From the UHGV virus genome UHGV-0231292: a stretch of 35,493 bases of DNA; one strand, given 5' to 3'. The stretch comes from a virus. How positions within the stretch are numbered: the stretch's first letter is position 1; every line of letters starts with the position of its first letter. The notes under the pieces were generated by a model. It was not told where the DNA came from. It did no database searches and saw only the letters and a program-made list of their open reading frames with translations. Positions 8,124-17,377 of this stretch are shown one piece after another. The position numbers and the translations under genes were made by a program.

Positions 8124-9083
8124 ATGAAAATTTGTATCGACGACGGCTCCACCAACATCAAGCTGGCATGGACTGAGAACGGCGAACGCCGCAACGCCAT
8201 CAGCCCGAACAGCTTCAAGTCGGAATGGTCTGCGCCGTTCGGTGGCACGCAGCCCGCGAACTACATGCTTGATGGCGTGCGCTATGGTTTTGATCCGGTC
8301 AGCGATCGCTTTGTCCAGACGACCGACACGCAATACCAGTACAGCGATGTGAATATAATTGCCATTCATCACGCGCTGGTCAAATCAGGCATCACACCAC
8401 AGGAAGTGGATGTGGTTGTCACCCTGCCACTGAGCGAGTATTTCGATACAAACGCACAGCCGGACATGGCCAACATCAACCGCAAAAAAGCGAACGTCAT
8501 GCGCCCGGTGGAGTACCAGAACGGCGAAGCATTCACTATCCGTAACGTACGGGTTATGCCTGAATCCATTCCGGCTGGCTTTAAGGCACTGGCTGACATG
8601 AGTCCGTTTGAATCCCTGCTGATTGTGGATTTGGGCGGAACCACTCTGGATGTGGCAAAGGTTCAGGGGCAACTGGCAGGTATCAGCCAGGTGTTTTGCG
8701 ATCCACACGTGGGCGTTTCTCTGATGGCCGATGCCGTACTGTCGGTGATGGCCACTAACGGTATGCGCACCAGTCACCACATCGCCAATACCATTATCGA
8801 ACATCGCCATGATGAAGCCTGGCTGCGCCAGCACATCCACAATGACGCGCATTACGCCAGCCTGATGGCGGTTATTCGTGAAAAGGAAGAAACACTGAAA
8901 CAACGCGTGATCCGCGCGCTGGCGGGTTTTTCGGGTTACGGGCGGGTGATGGTTGTCGGTGGAGGGGCGGAGATTGTGGCACCCGCTATCCGCGAAGCCT
9001 GCGGAGTTAATGCGACTTTCATCGCGGACGGGGTGCCACAGTTTGCTCTGGTTAATGGGCTGTACGCAATGGACAAGGAGTAA
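8124..9083 (+). CDS. parM: Actin-like segregation ATPase (ParM/StbA family)
   Basis: 319 aa; hallmark motifs IDDGSTNIKL, YSDVN, VMPESIPAG, DLGGTTLD, VVGGGAE, LVNGLY match ParM/StbA as recalled. Confidence 0.75.
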   Translation: MKICIDDGSTNIKLAWTENGERRNAISPNSFKSEWSAPFGGTQPANYMLDGVRYGFDPVSDRFVQTTDTQYQYSDVNIIAIHHALVKSGITPQEVDVVVTLPLSEYFDTNAQPDMANINRKKANVMRPVEYQNGEAFTIRNVRVMPESIPAGFKALADMSPFESLLIVDLGGTTLDVAKVQGQLAGISQVFCDPHVGVSLMADAVLSVMATNGMRTSHHIANTIIEHRHDEAWLRQHIHNDAHYASLMAVIREKEETLKQRVIRALAGFSGYGRVMVVGGGAEIVAPAIREACGVNATFIADGVPQFALVNGLYAMDKE

Positions 9084-9087
9084 ACCA

Positions 9088-9399
9088 ATGACGACTCCAA
9101 CCAGACGGATAAGTTTCTATCTGAAGCCCACCGCCGTCAAGAACGAAGGAGAAGCATGCGCCTGGCTGGACAGCCTTACACCAGAAGCCCGCAAAAGCGG
9201 CCAACGCGTGGCTTTTCTGGCCGGGCTGGCACTTCTGAAAATGAATCCGGCAGAGGCTTATCGACTGGCTGCATGGGCTGGTGATGAAGCGTTATCAGTG
9301 ACACAAACCAGGACAGAACGCCCCGCATCACAGCCAGTATCAACCGCACAGATAACCAGTCAGATGGCCGGAAATATCCGGGCGTTATTTCCTGAATAA
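9088..9399 (+). CDS. parR: ParR/StbB-like DNA-binding adaptor
   Basis: 104 aa from the in-frame ATG directly after the parM-like stop; RRISFYLKP...LDSLTPEARKSGQRVAFLAGLALLKMNP...LFPE parallels plasmid R1 ParR as recalled. Confidence 0.55.
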   Translation: MTTPTRRISFYLKPTAVKNEGEACAWLDSLTPEARKSGQRVAFLAGLALLKMNPAEAYRLAAWAGDEALSVTQTRTERPASQPVSTAQITSQMAGNIRALFPE

Positions 9400-9462
9400 C
9401 ACAACATCAGGGCGAGTTCGCCCTGCTCTCCACCTCAGAACATAAACAAGGAGAACGACTTA

Positions 9463-10053
9463 ATGAGCGAAATCAACTATCAGGCATTACGTGAACGTTA
9501 TTCACCTGTGCCAGTACCGAAATGCCCTATTTGCGGCGAGGAAATGTCAATTCAGCGAATATCTGGAGCACAGGTTGTTTATGCCTGCTCCGGTTATGGT
9601 GATGATGGAGATTTCAAAATTGGCCGAACTCTTGCCGACGAACATTATGAAAAATCACGCGTAACAGTGTTGGATGTCGGGGATCCTGAAGTATTGGCGC
9701 TACTTGATTGGCTGGAAACCAAAGACAACCGAATCGCTGAACTGGAAAAAATCGCCACTGACTATGCACTTAAATTCCAGAAAGCACAGGACGCATTAAA
9801 GTATGCCGCTTTGCTGCATAGCAGGACGGCGCAACAAACAAATAATTTTGCAGTATCGCTTCCGGACATAAGCGAATATTTCATTAATGACGTATTTCAG
9901 CCCTTGCGATACGAGCGGGATGTTGAAAGAGCCATCATAAAGGCTGGCGGAAAAGCATTGTGGCAGGAGAAACACGAGGACAGAACGCATCAGTCCTGCG
10001 ATGTAAATCGTGGATGGTTTAGCCCACTGACGACAGATAAAAATAACACCTGA
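9463..10053 (+). CDS. Hypothetical protein with N-terminal Cys-rich (zinc-ribbon-like) segment and central helical region
   Basis: 196 aa; CPICGEE...YACSGYGDDGD then coiled-coil-like LALLDWLETKDNRIAELEKIATDYALKFQKAQDAL; strong RBS AAGGAGAA. Confidence 0.5.
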   Translation: MSEINYQALRERYSPVPVPKCPICGEEMSIQRISGAQVVYACSGYGDDGDFKIGRTLADEHYEKSRVTVLDVGDPEVLALLDWLETKDNRIAELEKIATDYALKFQKAQDALKYAALLHSRTAQQTNNFAVSLPDISEYFINDVFQPLRYERDVERAIIKAGGKALWQEKHEDRTHQSCDVNRGWFSPLTTDKNNT

Positions 10054-10092
10054 TCCCCCTCAAACCAGGGCGATAATCGCGCATCGCCCTGC

Positions 10093-10119
10093 TGCACAAT
10101 AGTGCACAAGTTTGCACAA
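10093..10119. repeat. Three direct TGCACAA repeats at exact 10-bp phasing (candidate protein-binding array near cos)
   Basis: cTGCACAAtagTGCACAAgttTGCACAAt read directly; a fourth TGCACAA lies at about 10185. Confidence 0.5.
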
Positions 10120-10162
10120 TTTTTTTGAACGACTTTTTACCCTTCCGGCCCGCATGGCGGCT

Positions 10163-10181
10163 GGATCCGTCAAGGATCCGT
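10163..10181. repeat. Tandem GGATCCGT direct repeat (11-bp period)
   Basis: GGATCCGTcaaGGATCCGT read directly. Confidence 0.4.
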
Positions 10182-10492
10182 GCGTGCACAAAAAAACGCG
10201 CTTTTTCTGCGCGCAGGTGACGGGGGAACAGCCCGCGTTTCAGGGGGTAAATAGCACTCCCTGAACGATGTCGCAGAGATACAACAGAATGGCTGTATTT
10301 CTCACGCTGAGCGTGAAAAAGACGTGAGGGCTTTTGATTTGATGGGGTGGCAGATAAGGCCGTCAAAATCGCACTGAGGCGGCGAAAACATGCAGTCAGC
10401 GCAGTGGGATTGCGTAAGAGTCTGACCGTCGATGATGGCAATAAGCAGGAAAGCGTCGTGAAATTATCTGATTGATACAGGAGCTGGAGAGT

Positions 10493-10517
10493 CGGGGCAT
10501 AAATTTTTTATGCCCCG
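10493..10517 (-). terminator. Stem-loop just downstream of Q on the minus strand (possible operon terminator)
   Basis: CGGGGCAT-loop(AAATTTTTT)-ATGCCCCG inverted repeat; no clear U-run, so weak. Confidence 0.3.
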
Positions 10518-10543
10518 GCGAAGCAGCAGACAAGCGAAGCGCG

Positions 10544-11590
10544 TCAGGATGTGGGCTGGGTGTCTAACAGTGCGTAAGGGTTAAAGCGGATCACCTCTTC
10601 GCCAAGCCAGTCATTGATGTGCTTCATGGCCTCCATGACAGGCATCAGCTCGTTAATTGCGTAAACCCGCGCGGCCTTCTCCACATCACCAAACGCACTT
10701 TTTTCGCCCGGCATCGCCCCCATCAGTTGCGGCGGAACGCGGTGCGCAGCCAGCACATCATCACGGGATGCCGCCTTAACATTCATGAACTCATCTTTTG
10801 CGGTGATCTGCTGGAACGGCAAAATTTGCACCCCCTCTTTGCCCCCGTTGGGCGCATGAATGAGCACGTTTTTAAATGCACCACCACCACGCGCACCCTG
10901 TAACGTTTCTTTCAGGGAGTCCATGCTTTCGCGGTTTACCTGCGCTGCACCGATGTAGATGATGCACCCGGCGTGGGATCCGTTGTCGTAGTACAGTTTT
11001 CTGAACATGTCCGCCGAATGAGAAAGGCTGGCCGAGAGTAATGCGCCAAGATATTCCGGCATGCCGTAGATTTCCTGGTTAATATCCGGATTCATCAGGT
11101 GGCACACTTTGCCAGGGCGAAACTGGAACGCGTCCTTGCCATCCTGCACATACCACCATGATTCAAGATCGCTTCCGCGTCGCATGTATTTCGCCAGGGC
11201 GTGCCGTAATTTAAGCGGTTCGCCGAGCATATTGCTACGAAGCTCAAGGAATGCGTTACCGAACACAAACCAGTCCAGCGCCAGCGCCGAGAAATCCTGC
11301 CGGGAAAACAGCGGGTGCGGGATGTAGCAACCGAGTAATACATTGCGCTTAAAGTAAAGCGCAGACTGATGCCAGGACGTTTGCCGGGCAGCTCTTGCCA
11401 GACCGTACCAGTCCACCGGGGTTTCATACCACCGCCCGTTATCAGCACAGTACATATTATCCAGCAGGTCATGCCCGGTCAGGCGATAAGGACCATCAAA
11501 TGTGAATGCACTGAGCGATGATTCTTTCCTGAGCGCATCAGCGAGATCAATGCGTGAACTCATGCGCACTTTTTTATTTTTTCTGCTCAT
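10544..11590 (-). CDS. Q: Portal protein (P2 gpQ-like)
   Basis: 348 aa; size, position and N-terminal pattern (basic N-terminus then FTFDGP...W) match P2 Q; cotranscribed with P. Confidence 0.9.
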   Translation of the reverse strand: MSRKNKKVRMSSRIDLADALRKESSLSAFTFDGPYRLTGHDLLDNMYCADNGRWYETPVDWYGLARAARQTSWHQSALYFKRNVLLGCYIPHPLFSRQDFSALALDWFVFGNAFLELRSNMLGEPLKLRHALAKYMRRGSDLESWWYVQDGKDAFQFRPGKVCHLMNPDINQEIYGMPEYLGALLSASLSHSADMFRKLYYDNGSHAGCIIYIGAAQVNRESMDSLKETLQGARGGGAFKNVLIHAPNGGKEGVQILPFQQITAKDEFMNVKAASRDDVLAAHRVPPQLMGAMPGEKSAFGDVEKAARVYAINELMPVMEAMKHINDWLGEEVIRFNPYALLDTQPTS

Positions 11591-13341
11591 CAGAACTCCA
11601 TAACCGTGAAACGCTCGTTTTCTCCTTCGCCGCCAATCGGTTCGTTAATGACAGCAAGCATGGTTGCCCACGCAAGGTCGCCGTGGCTGATCCCCCTCGC
11701 TCGGTCCGTTTCGTAAGTGATAAAGCCGCCCGGTGTTTTCACCTTACGCACGGCGTTAAAGGCCGCGACCAGCTCGCGTTCGGCGCGATCGTATTCCCAC
11801 CGCCCGGCACGCATTATTTGCAGCATTTTCAGTACCAGCGACCGTTTTGATGACAGCGTGAAGGTGTACGGAATAGCAGCAGGGAAAAACCGTTTCACTA
11901 TCTGATAAACAGCCTCCCCGTTCCCGCCCGTCACATCAATGCCGATGTGTTCCACGTTATAGCGACACGTGAACTCTTCAATGACTCTGGCCTGTTCTTC
12001 AAACTCCAGCCCCTGAACGCGTCGCGTCTCCACCGTTCGAAAACGGCCACCAGGAACAGCCGGAGGAACCACCACGGACACAGCACCGCTGTCGCCGTTG
12101 CCACTGCTGCCGTTTGCGTCATACCCAATCCATACCGGACGATTCCCCATCGGGCGGGGAGCAAAAGGTTTCCAGTCTTTCCAGTCGTCGTATCCGTCAA
12201 CACCGCAGCCAATCAGGATATTCAGGTTAAATGCCGATTCCCCTTCGCGGACAAACTCACACATATAGAGATTGAGGAACTCGTCTTCGGTGTTTTCATC
12301 ACGAATTTCGTCGATATCGGTGTGTTTCCAGCCGTGATTAACCACATCTTCCAGCGTGACAATTTGCCGCCAAGTCCGGTCAGGGCAGATAAGCCCGTTA
12401 TGCAGCGTTTTCCAGTCCACAGAAAAACGCTGGCGTTTATGCGAAGCCTTTTTCTCGTTCCAGCGGTCGCCGTTCCAGTAGGCGTACGCCTCGTGCGTTT
12501 CGGTGGATGGCGTGGAGAAGTAGGTGCGCCGCAGTCCGCTGAGGGTTGCCATAGCGCCAGCCACCTTGCGCAGTTCAGCAAAGCGACTGACCCAGAAAAA
12601 TTCATCAAAATAAAAATTGCCCGTATAGGACTGTGCCGACGCAGCAGAAGTGCCGAGAAAATGCAGCTCTGCGCCGTTGGAGAGGATGATTTTATCGCCC
12701 CCTTTCAGCTCCACATCAACTTCAGCCGCGACCTTCTGAATAATGCTTTTAAACTGGAACGCCTGACGACGCGACGCAGACAAAAAAATCTGGTTACGCT
12801 GGTAAGGTTGCGCCACATCGTCACGCAGCGCCATCAGCAGAGCTTCCTGTGCAAAATACCAGGTCGCCCCAATCTGTCGGGATTTCAGGATCATCCTGTT
12901 ACGTATCCCGGCTTCCCTGCAAAGTGTCAGGGAGTCAAACCAGCCCCGCTGATGCCACTCCAGCCTGCTGATGATTTTTTCCCGCAGTGCGGCAATCTGT
13001 TCCGGCGTGAAATGATTTTTAAGTTTTTTCGCCCGGCCTTTCTTTCCTGCGGCCATCACATCCGGCTGGCCATCATGCAGCTTTTTAAGCTGCCGGGTCA
13101 GCAGGTCTATTTCCTTAAAGTCACCGCCTGTTTTATTCTGTTTTTCAGTAAGCTGGATGAGGCGCGCATCGATGGACTGCGTGACACGCTGCACGGGGGG
13201 CGTTTCATCCCACTGGTCGCGTTTTTTCCACGCATAAATCGTGTTCGGGTTTATTCCCATCAGACGTGATATTTCTGCGGGCGGATAACCCTGCCAGTAA
13301 AGTTGCCGCGCACGCTGGCGCACAAAAGCGTCCTGAATCAT
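11590..13341 (-). CDS. P: Terminase large subunit / ATPase (P2 gpP-like)
   Basis: 583 aa; N-terminus MIQDAFVRQRARQLYWQGYPPAEISRLMGINPNTIYAWKKRDQWDE characteristic of P2 P. Confidence 0.9.
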   Translation of the reverse strand: MIQDAFVRQRARQLYWQGYPPAEISRLMGINPNTIYAWKKRDQWDETPPVQRVTQSIDARLIQLTEKQNKTGGDFKEIDLLTRQLKKLHDGQPDVMAAGKKGRAKKLKNHFTPEQIAALREKIISRLEWHQRGWFDSLTLCREAGIRNRMILKSRQIGATWYFAQEALLMALRDDVAQPYQRNQIFLSASRRQAFQFKSIIQKVAAEVDVELKGGDKIILSNGAELHFLGTSAASAQSYTGNFYFDEFFWVSRFAELRKVAGAMATLSGLRRTYFSTPSTETHEAYAYWNGDRWNEKKASHKRQRFSVDWKTLHNGLICPDRTWRQIVTLEDVVNHGWKHTDIDEIRDENTEDEFLNLYMCEFVREGESAFNLNILIGCGVDGYDDWKDWKPFAPRPMGNRPVWIGYDANGSSGNGDSGAVSVVVPPAVPGGRFRTVETRRVQGLEFEEQARVIEEFTCRYNVEHIGIDVTGGNGEAVYQIVKRFFPAAIPYTFTLSSKRSLVLKMLQIMRAGRWEYDRAERELVAAFNAVRKVKTPGGFITYETDRARGISHGDLAWATMLAVINEPIGGEGENERFTVMEF

Positions 13342-13495
13342 TGCTCCCCCTGAGTAATTACAGGAAGATTACCCGCGCGCGAAACCGTTCTCCTTAACCC
13401 CCTGTTCTGGCCGTTTTCTTACAACAAAAGCCCTTTGTATCAGCCTGTTACGCTTTGCCATCATGACTGAAGAACCAGTCAGAGGGGCAAAAACT
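13342..13495. promoter_or_regulatory. Divergent late promoter region between P and O
   Basis: Position equivalent to P2 P_P/P_O; contains TGT...ACA half-sites but no canonical TGT-N12-ACA Ogr site was found. Confidence 0.35.
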
Positions 13496-14332
13496 ATGGC
13501 TAATGAAAAAAAGACATCCCGCAAAAAGTTTCGCGTGGCTGTCTCCGGATCAACTGTTGATGGCCGCGAAATCAGTCCGGTACATCTGCGTGAAGCCGCC
13601 GAGAACTTCAACCCGGATGTTTACGCTGCCCGCGTGAACGTTGAGCACTATCTCTCGCCATGCCCGTCAAGCGAATTTTCCGCAATGGGCGATGTCACCG
13701 CGCTGAGTACGGAAGATATTACGGAAGGCCCGCTGGCCGGACGTACTGCGCTGTATGCAGAAATCGAACCGACCGAGCGCATGAAGCAGCTTGTCGCTGA
13801 CGGCAAGAAAATCTATTCCAGTATCGAACTGCACCCGCAGTTCTCCGTTAACGGGCGCGCCTATCTGGTCGGGCTGGCGATGACCGACACCCCGGCAAGC
13901 CTGGGCACTGAGCGCCTGAAATTCACGGCACAGCAACGTCAGGCGGTGATGACGTTCAACAGTGTCCAGGGTGAAGCACCGCTTATCTCCGAAGCCATCG
14001 AGTCTGAAATCATCGAAATGGCAGAACAACGCCAGGAAGAAGGCACCCAGTGGTTTAACCGCGTAATGGGGATTATTGGCCGTGGCCGCAAAGCGGATGA
14101 CGCCAGTTTCTCCCGCATTCAGGAAGCGGTGGAAGGCGTCGCAACGTCACAGGCCGACATTATCGACCGTTTTAATGCACTGGAAACCCGCCATCAGCAG
14201 GACAGCCAGAAAATCACTTCACTGACCACAGAGCTGGCAGCACTGAAGGAAAAACTGCGCACGCAGGACGGAGATCCGCAGAACCGGTTCACCGCAACGG
14301 GCGCAGCCTCCGACCAGCTGGCTGACTTCTGA
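13496..14332 (+). CDS. O: Capsid scaffolding protein (P2 gpO-like)
   Basis: Start set to the ATG at 13496 after RBS AGAGGGG; KKFRVAVSGSTVDGREISPVHLREAAENFNPDVY and YLVGLAMTDTPASLGTERL match gpO. Confidence 0.85.
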   Translation: MANEKKTSRKKFRVAVSGSTVDGREISPVHLREAAENFNPDVYAARVNVEHYLSPCPSSEFSAMGDVTALSTEDITEGPLAGRTALYAEIEPTERMKQLVADGKKIYSSIELHPQFSVNGRAYLVGLAMTDTPASLGTERLKFTAQQRQAVMTFNSVQGEAPLISEAIESEIIEMAEQRQEEGTQWFNRVMGIIGRGRKADDASFSRIQEAVEGVATSQADIIDRFNALETRHQQDSQKITSLTTELAALKEKLRTQDGDPQNRFTATGAASDQLADF

Positions 14333-14355
14333 TAAGACAAAGGAGCAAATTTTTT

Positions 14356-15408
14356 ATGAATCTGGTGATGTCAGATATTACCCGCAACAAGCTGGGTTGC
14401 TATATGGCGCAGCAGGCGTCGCTTAACAATATCCCGGTTTCCGCACTGGTATCGCGATTTACCGTGGAACCCTCGGTACAGCAGCGTTTTGAAAACGCCT
14501 CAAAGGAAAGCACCGAATTTACAAAAAGAATTAACGTGATCGGCGTGACCGACCAGAAAGGCGAAAAAATCCTCCTGGATACCACCGGGCCGATTGCGCG
14601 CACGAATACCAGTTATGACGGCACAAAACGCCGTAACCCGAATAACGTGGTTGATCTGAAAAACCGCAAATACCAGTGCGAACAGGTGAACTACGACACG
14701 TTTATTTCATATCCGCAGCTTGATGCCTGGGCGGCACACCCTGATTTTCAGTCCCGCATCAGCGCACAGATTGCCCGACAGGTGGCACTTGACCGCATCA
14801 TGATCGGTTTCAACGGCACGTCTCACGCGGATGAGTCTAACTTCAGCACCAACAAGTTGCTTCAGGACGTTAACGTGGGCTGGCTGGAGCACATCAGAAC
14901 CGACGCCAGCGAACGCGTTATGAATAACGTGACGCTGACCTCCCGTAACATGGACAACACCGTGGCGCACGCGGGTAAGTATGCGAACGCTGATGCACTG
15001 GTACAGGACGCGCGCTCATCCCTGCTGGATGAATGGCACAAGGAAGCAGACGACCTCGTGGTGATTATGGGGCGCAACCTGTTTAACTCGCTGCGTCTGC
15101 CCGTGCTGAACAGCATCAGCGGCCAGAATCCCAATGCGGAATTACTCGCCGGACAGCTCATTCTGTCATCGCGCACCATTGGCGGGCTGGGCGTGTTCCT
15201 TGCGCCGTTCTTCCCGGATTCAACGATGCTGATCACCTCGTTCAACAACCTGTCGATTTACTGGCAGAAAGGTTCAATGCGTCGTCTGATGAAAGACGAA
15301 CCGGAATACAACCGCATCGCCACCTACCAGTCCATCAATGACGCTTATGTCGTTGAAGACTATGGCAAGTGCGCGATGGTCACTGGCCTGAAGTTCGCCG
15401 ACAGCTAA
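14356..15408 (+). CDS. N: Major capsid protein (P2 gpN-like)
   Basis: 350 aa; FTVEPSVQQRF, GEKILLDTTGPIA, DRIMIGFNG, VEDYGKCAMV match gpN. Confidence 0.9.
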   Translation: MNLVMSDITRNKLGCYMAQQASLNNIPVSALVSRFTVEPSVQQRFENASKESTEFTKRINVIGVTDQKGEKILLDTTGPIARTNTSYDGTKRRNPNNVVDLKNRKYQCEQVNYDTFISYPQLDAWAAHPDFQSRISAQIARQVALDRIMIGFNGTSHADESNFSTNKLLQDVNVGWLEHIRTDASERVMNNVTLTSRNMDNTVAHAGKYANADALVQDARSSLLDEWHKEADDLVVIMGRNLFNSLRLPVLNSISGQNPNAELLAGQLILSSRTIGGLGVFLAPFFPDSTMLITSFNNLSIYWQKGSMRRLMKDEPEYNRIATYQSINDAYVVEDYGKCAMVTGLKFADS

Positions 15409-15453
15409 TCAACTCACGGCGGGCATCATGCCCGCCTGTAACGGAGAGAAAAA

Positions 15454-16254
15454 ATGATTACTCCTGCACAACAACACTGGCAGAACGTGATGGCACAGCG
15501 CGCAGGCCGGGCGAATGAAGGCGTGGACCACGCCGCGCGTACCGCGCATGAAGAGGTGCTGTATCGTCTGCGTCTGGCACAGGCCCGGCTTAAGGGCGTA
15601 CAGGCCAGAAGCGCGAAAGCCGCCATCAAAAAAGAGTTGTTGCCGGATTTTTCCGGCTGGATTGAGGGAACGCTGGAGGCTGACGGCGGGCAGCAGGATG
15701 AAGTGATTGCCACGCTGATGGTGTGGGCGATTGACTGCGGCGATCTTCCGCTTGCGTTGCGTATTGGTGCGTATGTGGTCCGTCATAACCTCATCATGCC
15801 GGATAACTTTGGCCGTACTGCTGCCACGGTACTGACCGAAGAAATCTGCAACCCGGTACTGACGCAGGCCGGGACGGATGCTGACGCGGATTTGTCCGCC
15901 TTTATCGAACCACTGGACACCCTCCGGGAGATTGTCACAGACCAGGACATGCCGGACGAAGTGCGCGCCAAATTATGCAAGGCGTGCGCCTTTGCCCGTC
16001 GTGGTCTGACCGATGCAGACAACATGGCCTTATCACTGAAGCTGCTGCGCGAAGCGATGCACCTGAACCCGAACGCAGGTGTGAAACGCGAGATTGCAAC
16101 CCTTTCCCGCGCCCTGAAAAAAGCCGATTCCGCAGCCGAACCAGAAGACGCCAGCGCACAGCAGGCGCAGGACGAAAACAGCAAAAGTAAAAAGACAACG
16201 CGGAAGCCTGCAACACGAAAAACCACCGCGACGCAGAAGGCGAAGCGCGGTTAA
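15454..16254 (+). CDS. M: Terminase small subunit / endonuclease (P2 gpM-like)
   Basis: 266 aa; MPDEVRAKL and basic C-terminal tail typical of gpM. Confidence 0.85.
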   Translation: MITPAQQHWQNVMAQRAGRANEGVDHAARTAHEEVLYRLRLAQARLKGVQARSAKAAIKKELLPDFSGWIEGTLEADGGQQDEVIATLMVWAIDCGDLPLALRIGAYVVRHNLIMPDNFGRTAATVLTEEICNPVLTQAGTDADADLSAFIEPLDTLREIVTDQDMPDEVRAKLCKACAFARRGLTDADNMALSLKLLREAMHLNPNAGVKREIATLSRALKKADSAAEPEDASAQQAQDENSKSKKTTRKPATRKTTATQKAKRG

Positions 16255-16356
16255 CGACTGACCCCGTCAGCGGGCGGCGTGCGCGGTGTTCCGGTTTGAC
16301 TCCGTGACCGTTTACACCGCGCACCCACCGCCCGATTTTTTTCAGGAGTGAACCCC

Positions 16357-16851
16357 ATGAGTATGGTTGCCAGAACTGAACCCAGACCCGCAGAGGACGA
16401 CATCACCGATACCGATGATGGAGATACCCGCATTTCAGCGGGTGCATTCTGGCCGGATATTGTGTTGCGCGAGCTGCGTCTGGCGGTACGACTGCCGGGG
16501 CGCGTGACCACCTCCCGCCTGCTGCATACCGCCACCGGGGCCGTGGCACACGTTACCCGCGAGCTGGAAGCGTGGCAGCAGGAACAGCAGGCGGCTGGCC
16601 ATCAGACGCTGGCCGATGTTCCGGCACCCGTAATTAACGGAGAAAGCGTCAATCTCTGGCACTGGCGCAATGCCGTTTATACCGCCACACGCGCCCTGAT
16701 TCTGGAGCGTTACCGCGATGCGGACACAACGGATAAGGGCGACCGCCGGGCGGACGCACTGGATATACAGACATCGGATTTGTGGCGCGATGTGAGCTGG
16801 GCCATCTCTGACATTCTGCGCCGCCCGCGAATCTTTGCGGAGCTGTGCTGA
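16357..16851 (+). CDS. L: Capsid completion protein (P2 gpL-like)
   Basis: Start set to the ATG at 16357 after AGGAG; position and size match gpL. Confidence 0.8.
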   Translation: MSMVARTEPRPAEDDITDTDDGDTRISAGAFWPDIVLRELRLAVRLPGRVTTSRLLHTATGAVAHVTRELEAWQQEQQAAGHQTLADVPAPVINGESVNLWHWRNAVYTATRALILERYRDADTTDKGDRRADALDIQTSDLWRDVSWAISDILRRPRIFAELC

Positions 16852-17051
16852 TGAAAGTGAAGGCACTGGAAGGCGACACCGTGGATTCGCTCTGTTTCCG
16901 GTACTACGGCACGACGCAGGGCGTCACCGAAAAGGTGCTGGATGCCAACCCCGGACTCTGTCAGCAGGTATTTCTGGACGCCGGGCAGGAAGTGGAGATG
17001 CCGGAGCCGGAGAAGAAGAAACGAGAAATGATTCAGTTGTGGGGGGAGTAG
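16851..17051 (+). CDS. X: Tail protein X (LysM-like, P2 gpX)
   Basis: 66 aa; MKVKALEGDTVDSLCFRYYGTTQGVTEKVLDANPGL matches gpX; start overlaps L stop (TGATG). Confidence 0.75.
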   Translation: MKVKALEGDTVDSLCFRYYGTTQGVTEKVLDANPGLCQQVFLDAGQEVEMPEPEKKKREMIQLWGE

Positions 17052-17053
17052 CA

Positions 17054-17377
17054 GTGAGCACCATTCAAACAGGGATCACAGAGCAGGTTATTGCGTGGCT
17101 CTTTGACCACCTGCCAACGGTGTATGCAGTAGGCGCGGCAGTCAGCATTTCCGCGCTGATGAGTCTTTATGACGGACGAACACTGGTTCAGACCGTAACG
17201 GGATCGCTGGCGTGCGGCGTTCTTGCCATGGCCGTGGCCGGGTCGTTGCGCTTCTTCGGGTTTCCTGAAGATGCCGTGACGTTTATCGGCGCATCAATCG
17301 GTTTTATGGGCGCAGAGAAAGCACGCGACAAGGTTATTGCGGCCTTTAATCGCAGGGTGAAGGAGAAGGACGAATGA
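17054..17377 (+). CDS. Y: Holin-like membrane protein (gpY position)
   Basis: GTG start; 107 aa with two to three hydrophobic segments and a charged C-terminus (RRVKEKDE); immediately precedes the endolysin. Confidence 0.5.
   Translation: MSTIQTGITEQVIAWLFDHLPTVYAVGAAVSISALMSLYDGRTLVQTVTGSLACGVLAMAVAGSLRFFGFPEDAVTFIGASIGFMGAEKARDKVIAAFNRRVKEKDE

Noticed and set aside
10093-10191. Short direct repeats as a possible CRISPR array or iteron origin
   Set aside because: Repeats are 7-8 bp with 3-bp spacers and only 2-4 copies; no CRISPR repeat-spacer architecture and no cas genes in the window.
11947-13269. 440-aa ORF on the plus strand
   Set aside because: Lies entirely antisense within the well-supported terminase gene P; a GC-rich open frame with no RBS and no recognisable motifs.
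14400-16879. Multiple antisense and alternate-frame ORFs over N, M and L
   Set aside because: Overlap conserved capsid and terminase genes with far better support.
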